Positions 63,446 through 64,000 of a stretch of DNA of 64,000 nucleotides are shown here, piece by piece. Source of the DNA: Azolla caroliniana. Its lineage: Eukaryota; Plantae; Polypodiophyta. The stretch is taken from the NCBI GenBank assembly GCA_043228905.1, contig JBHGNT010000017.1:4402001-4466000 (forward strand), in the 5' to 3' direction. Position numbers and translations under genes: made by a program. Every line of letters starts with the position of its first letter. The first letter of the stretch is position 1. The notes beneath the pieces are model-generated. The model was not told where the DNA came from. It did not search any database and worked only from the letters and a program-made list of their open reading frames with translations.

Positions 63446-64000
63446 TGAAAAGAATAGCATGCGGAAGCAGGTATGAAGACAGAACAGAGGAAGGAAACTC
63501 AGGTGCAATGGAGAGCTTAGGCTTACATGGTATACGTGGGAGAGACAGAGAGAGAAACACAAAAACTATATTTCACAATAATACTCAATCTCTGTGTACA
63601 TAAGACGTGCTCAGTGAGCACTTTTATACAAGTCCTAAAAGGACTGACCGAAGTACTGACAGTACTTCAATGCTCATCAAGAGCTCCAACACTAACTCCC
63701 AAATATATTCCTCACGGAATATCTTTCCTAACGGCCTCCCGGTGTACGCACTCGGCCTAACCGATCGGTCCCAACAGATCCGATCCTCGGCTTCTTCAGC
63801 CGATCCGGCCGATGTTGAGCTTGTCTCTCCACACTCCCCCTCAAGCTCAACTTGAGGCTCTTCGGGATCTTCACAGCACCGGTTCCTCCTGGCTTCACGC
63901 CTCGCTCGCGCTCCTCGACCTGTTCGACTCCGTGCGCTTCGACCCTTCCGGTCGGCTTGTCTGCTCATGTGGCCCTCATCAGCTCTTCTGTTGTTGCGGT
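63446..64000 (-). mobile_element. 3' end of a copia element (charged tail, PPT, 3' LTR 63446-63833) inserted into gypsy pol
   Basis: PPT GAGCTTGAGGGGGAG 63834-63848; LTR TGTGGAGAGACAAGCTC...TTCTTTTCA; tail MSRQADRKG...EPQVELEGEC matches 10700-10846. Confidence 0.85.

Overview
Eukaryotic, plant-type genomic DNA, most consistent with a large, TE-rich fern or other non-seed-plant genome (inference). One intact host gene: a 20-exon ABCC/MRP transporter on the + strand (22309-36814, 1349 aa by my exon assembly) that appears to lack TMD0. Both flanks are nests of LTR retrotransposons from four families. (1) An Athila/Tat-like Ty3/gypsy family (1378-10070 and 56814-63445, both minus strand) with a tRNA-Arg PBS and a conserved extra 3' ORF. 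(2) A tRNA-Trp-primed gypsy family with 4-bp CpG-centred target sites and a conserved -1 frameshift signal between protease and RT. (3) An intact, very young Tnt1/Tork-like copia (49156-54457). (4) A second copia family with a charged extension after RNase H. There are also PPR pseudogenes, a truncated LINE, hAT MITEs, a Sola-like transposase relic, solo LTRs and tandem repeats. The most striking observation is in family (1): the 3' LTR is preceded not by a polypurine tract but by an inverted second tRNA-Arg primer-binding-like site (57199-57215). This suggests tRNA-primed or self-pairing plus-strand synthesis, but only one 3' end of the family is visible here. All family names come from motif recognition; no searches were run.
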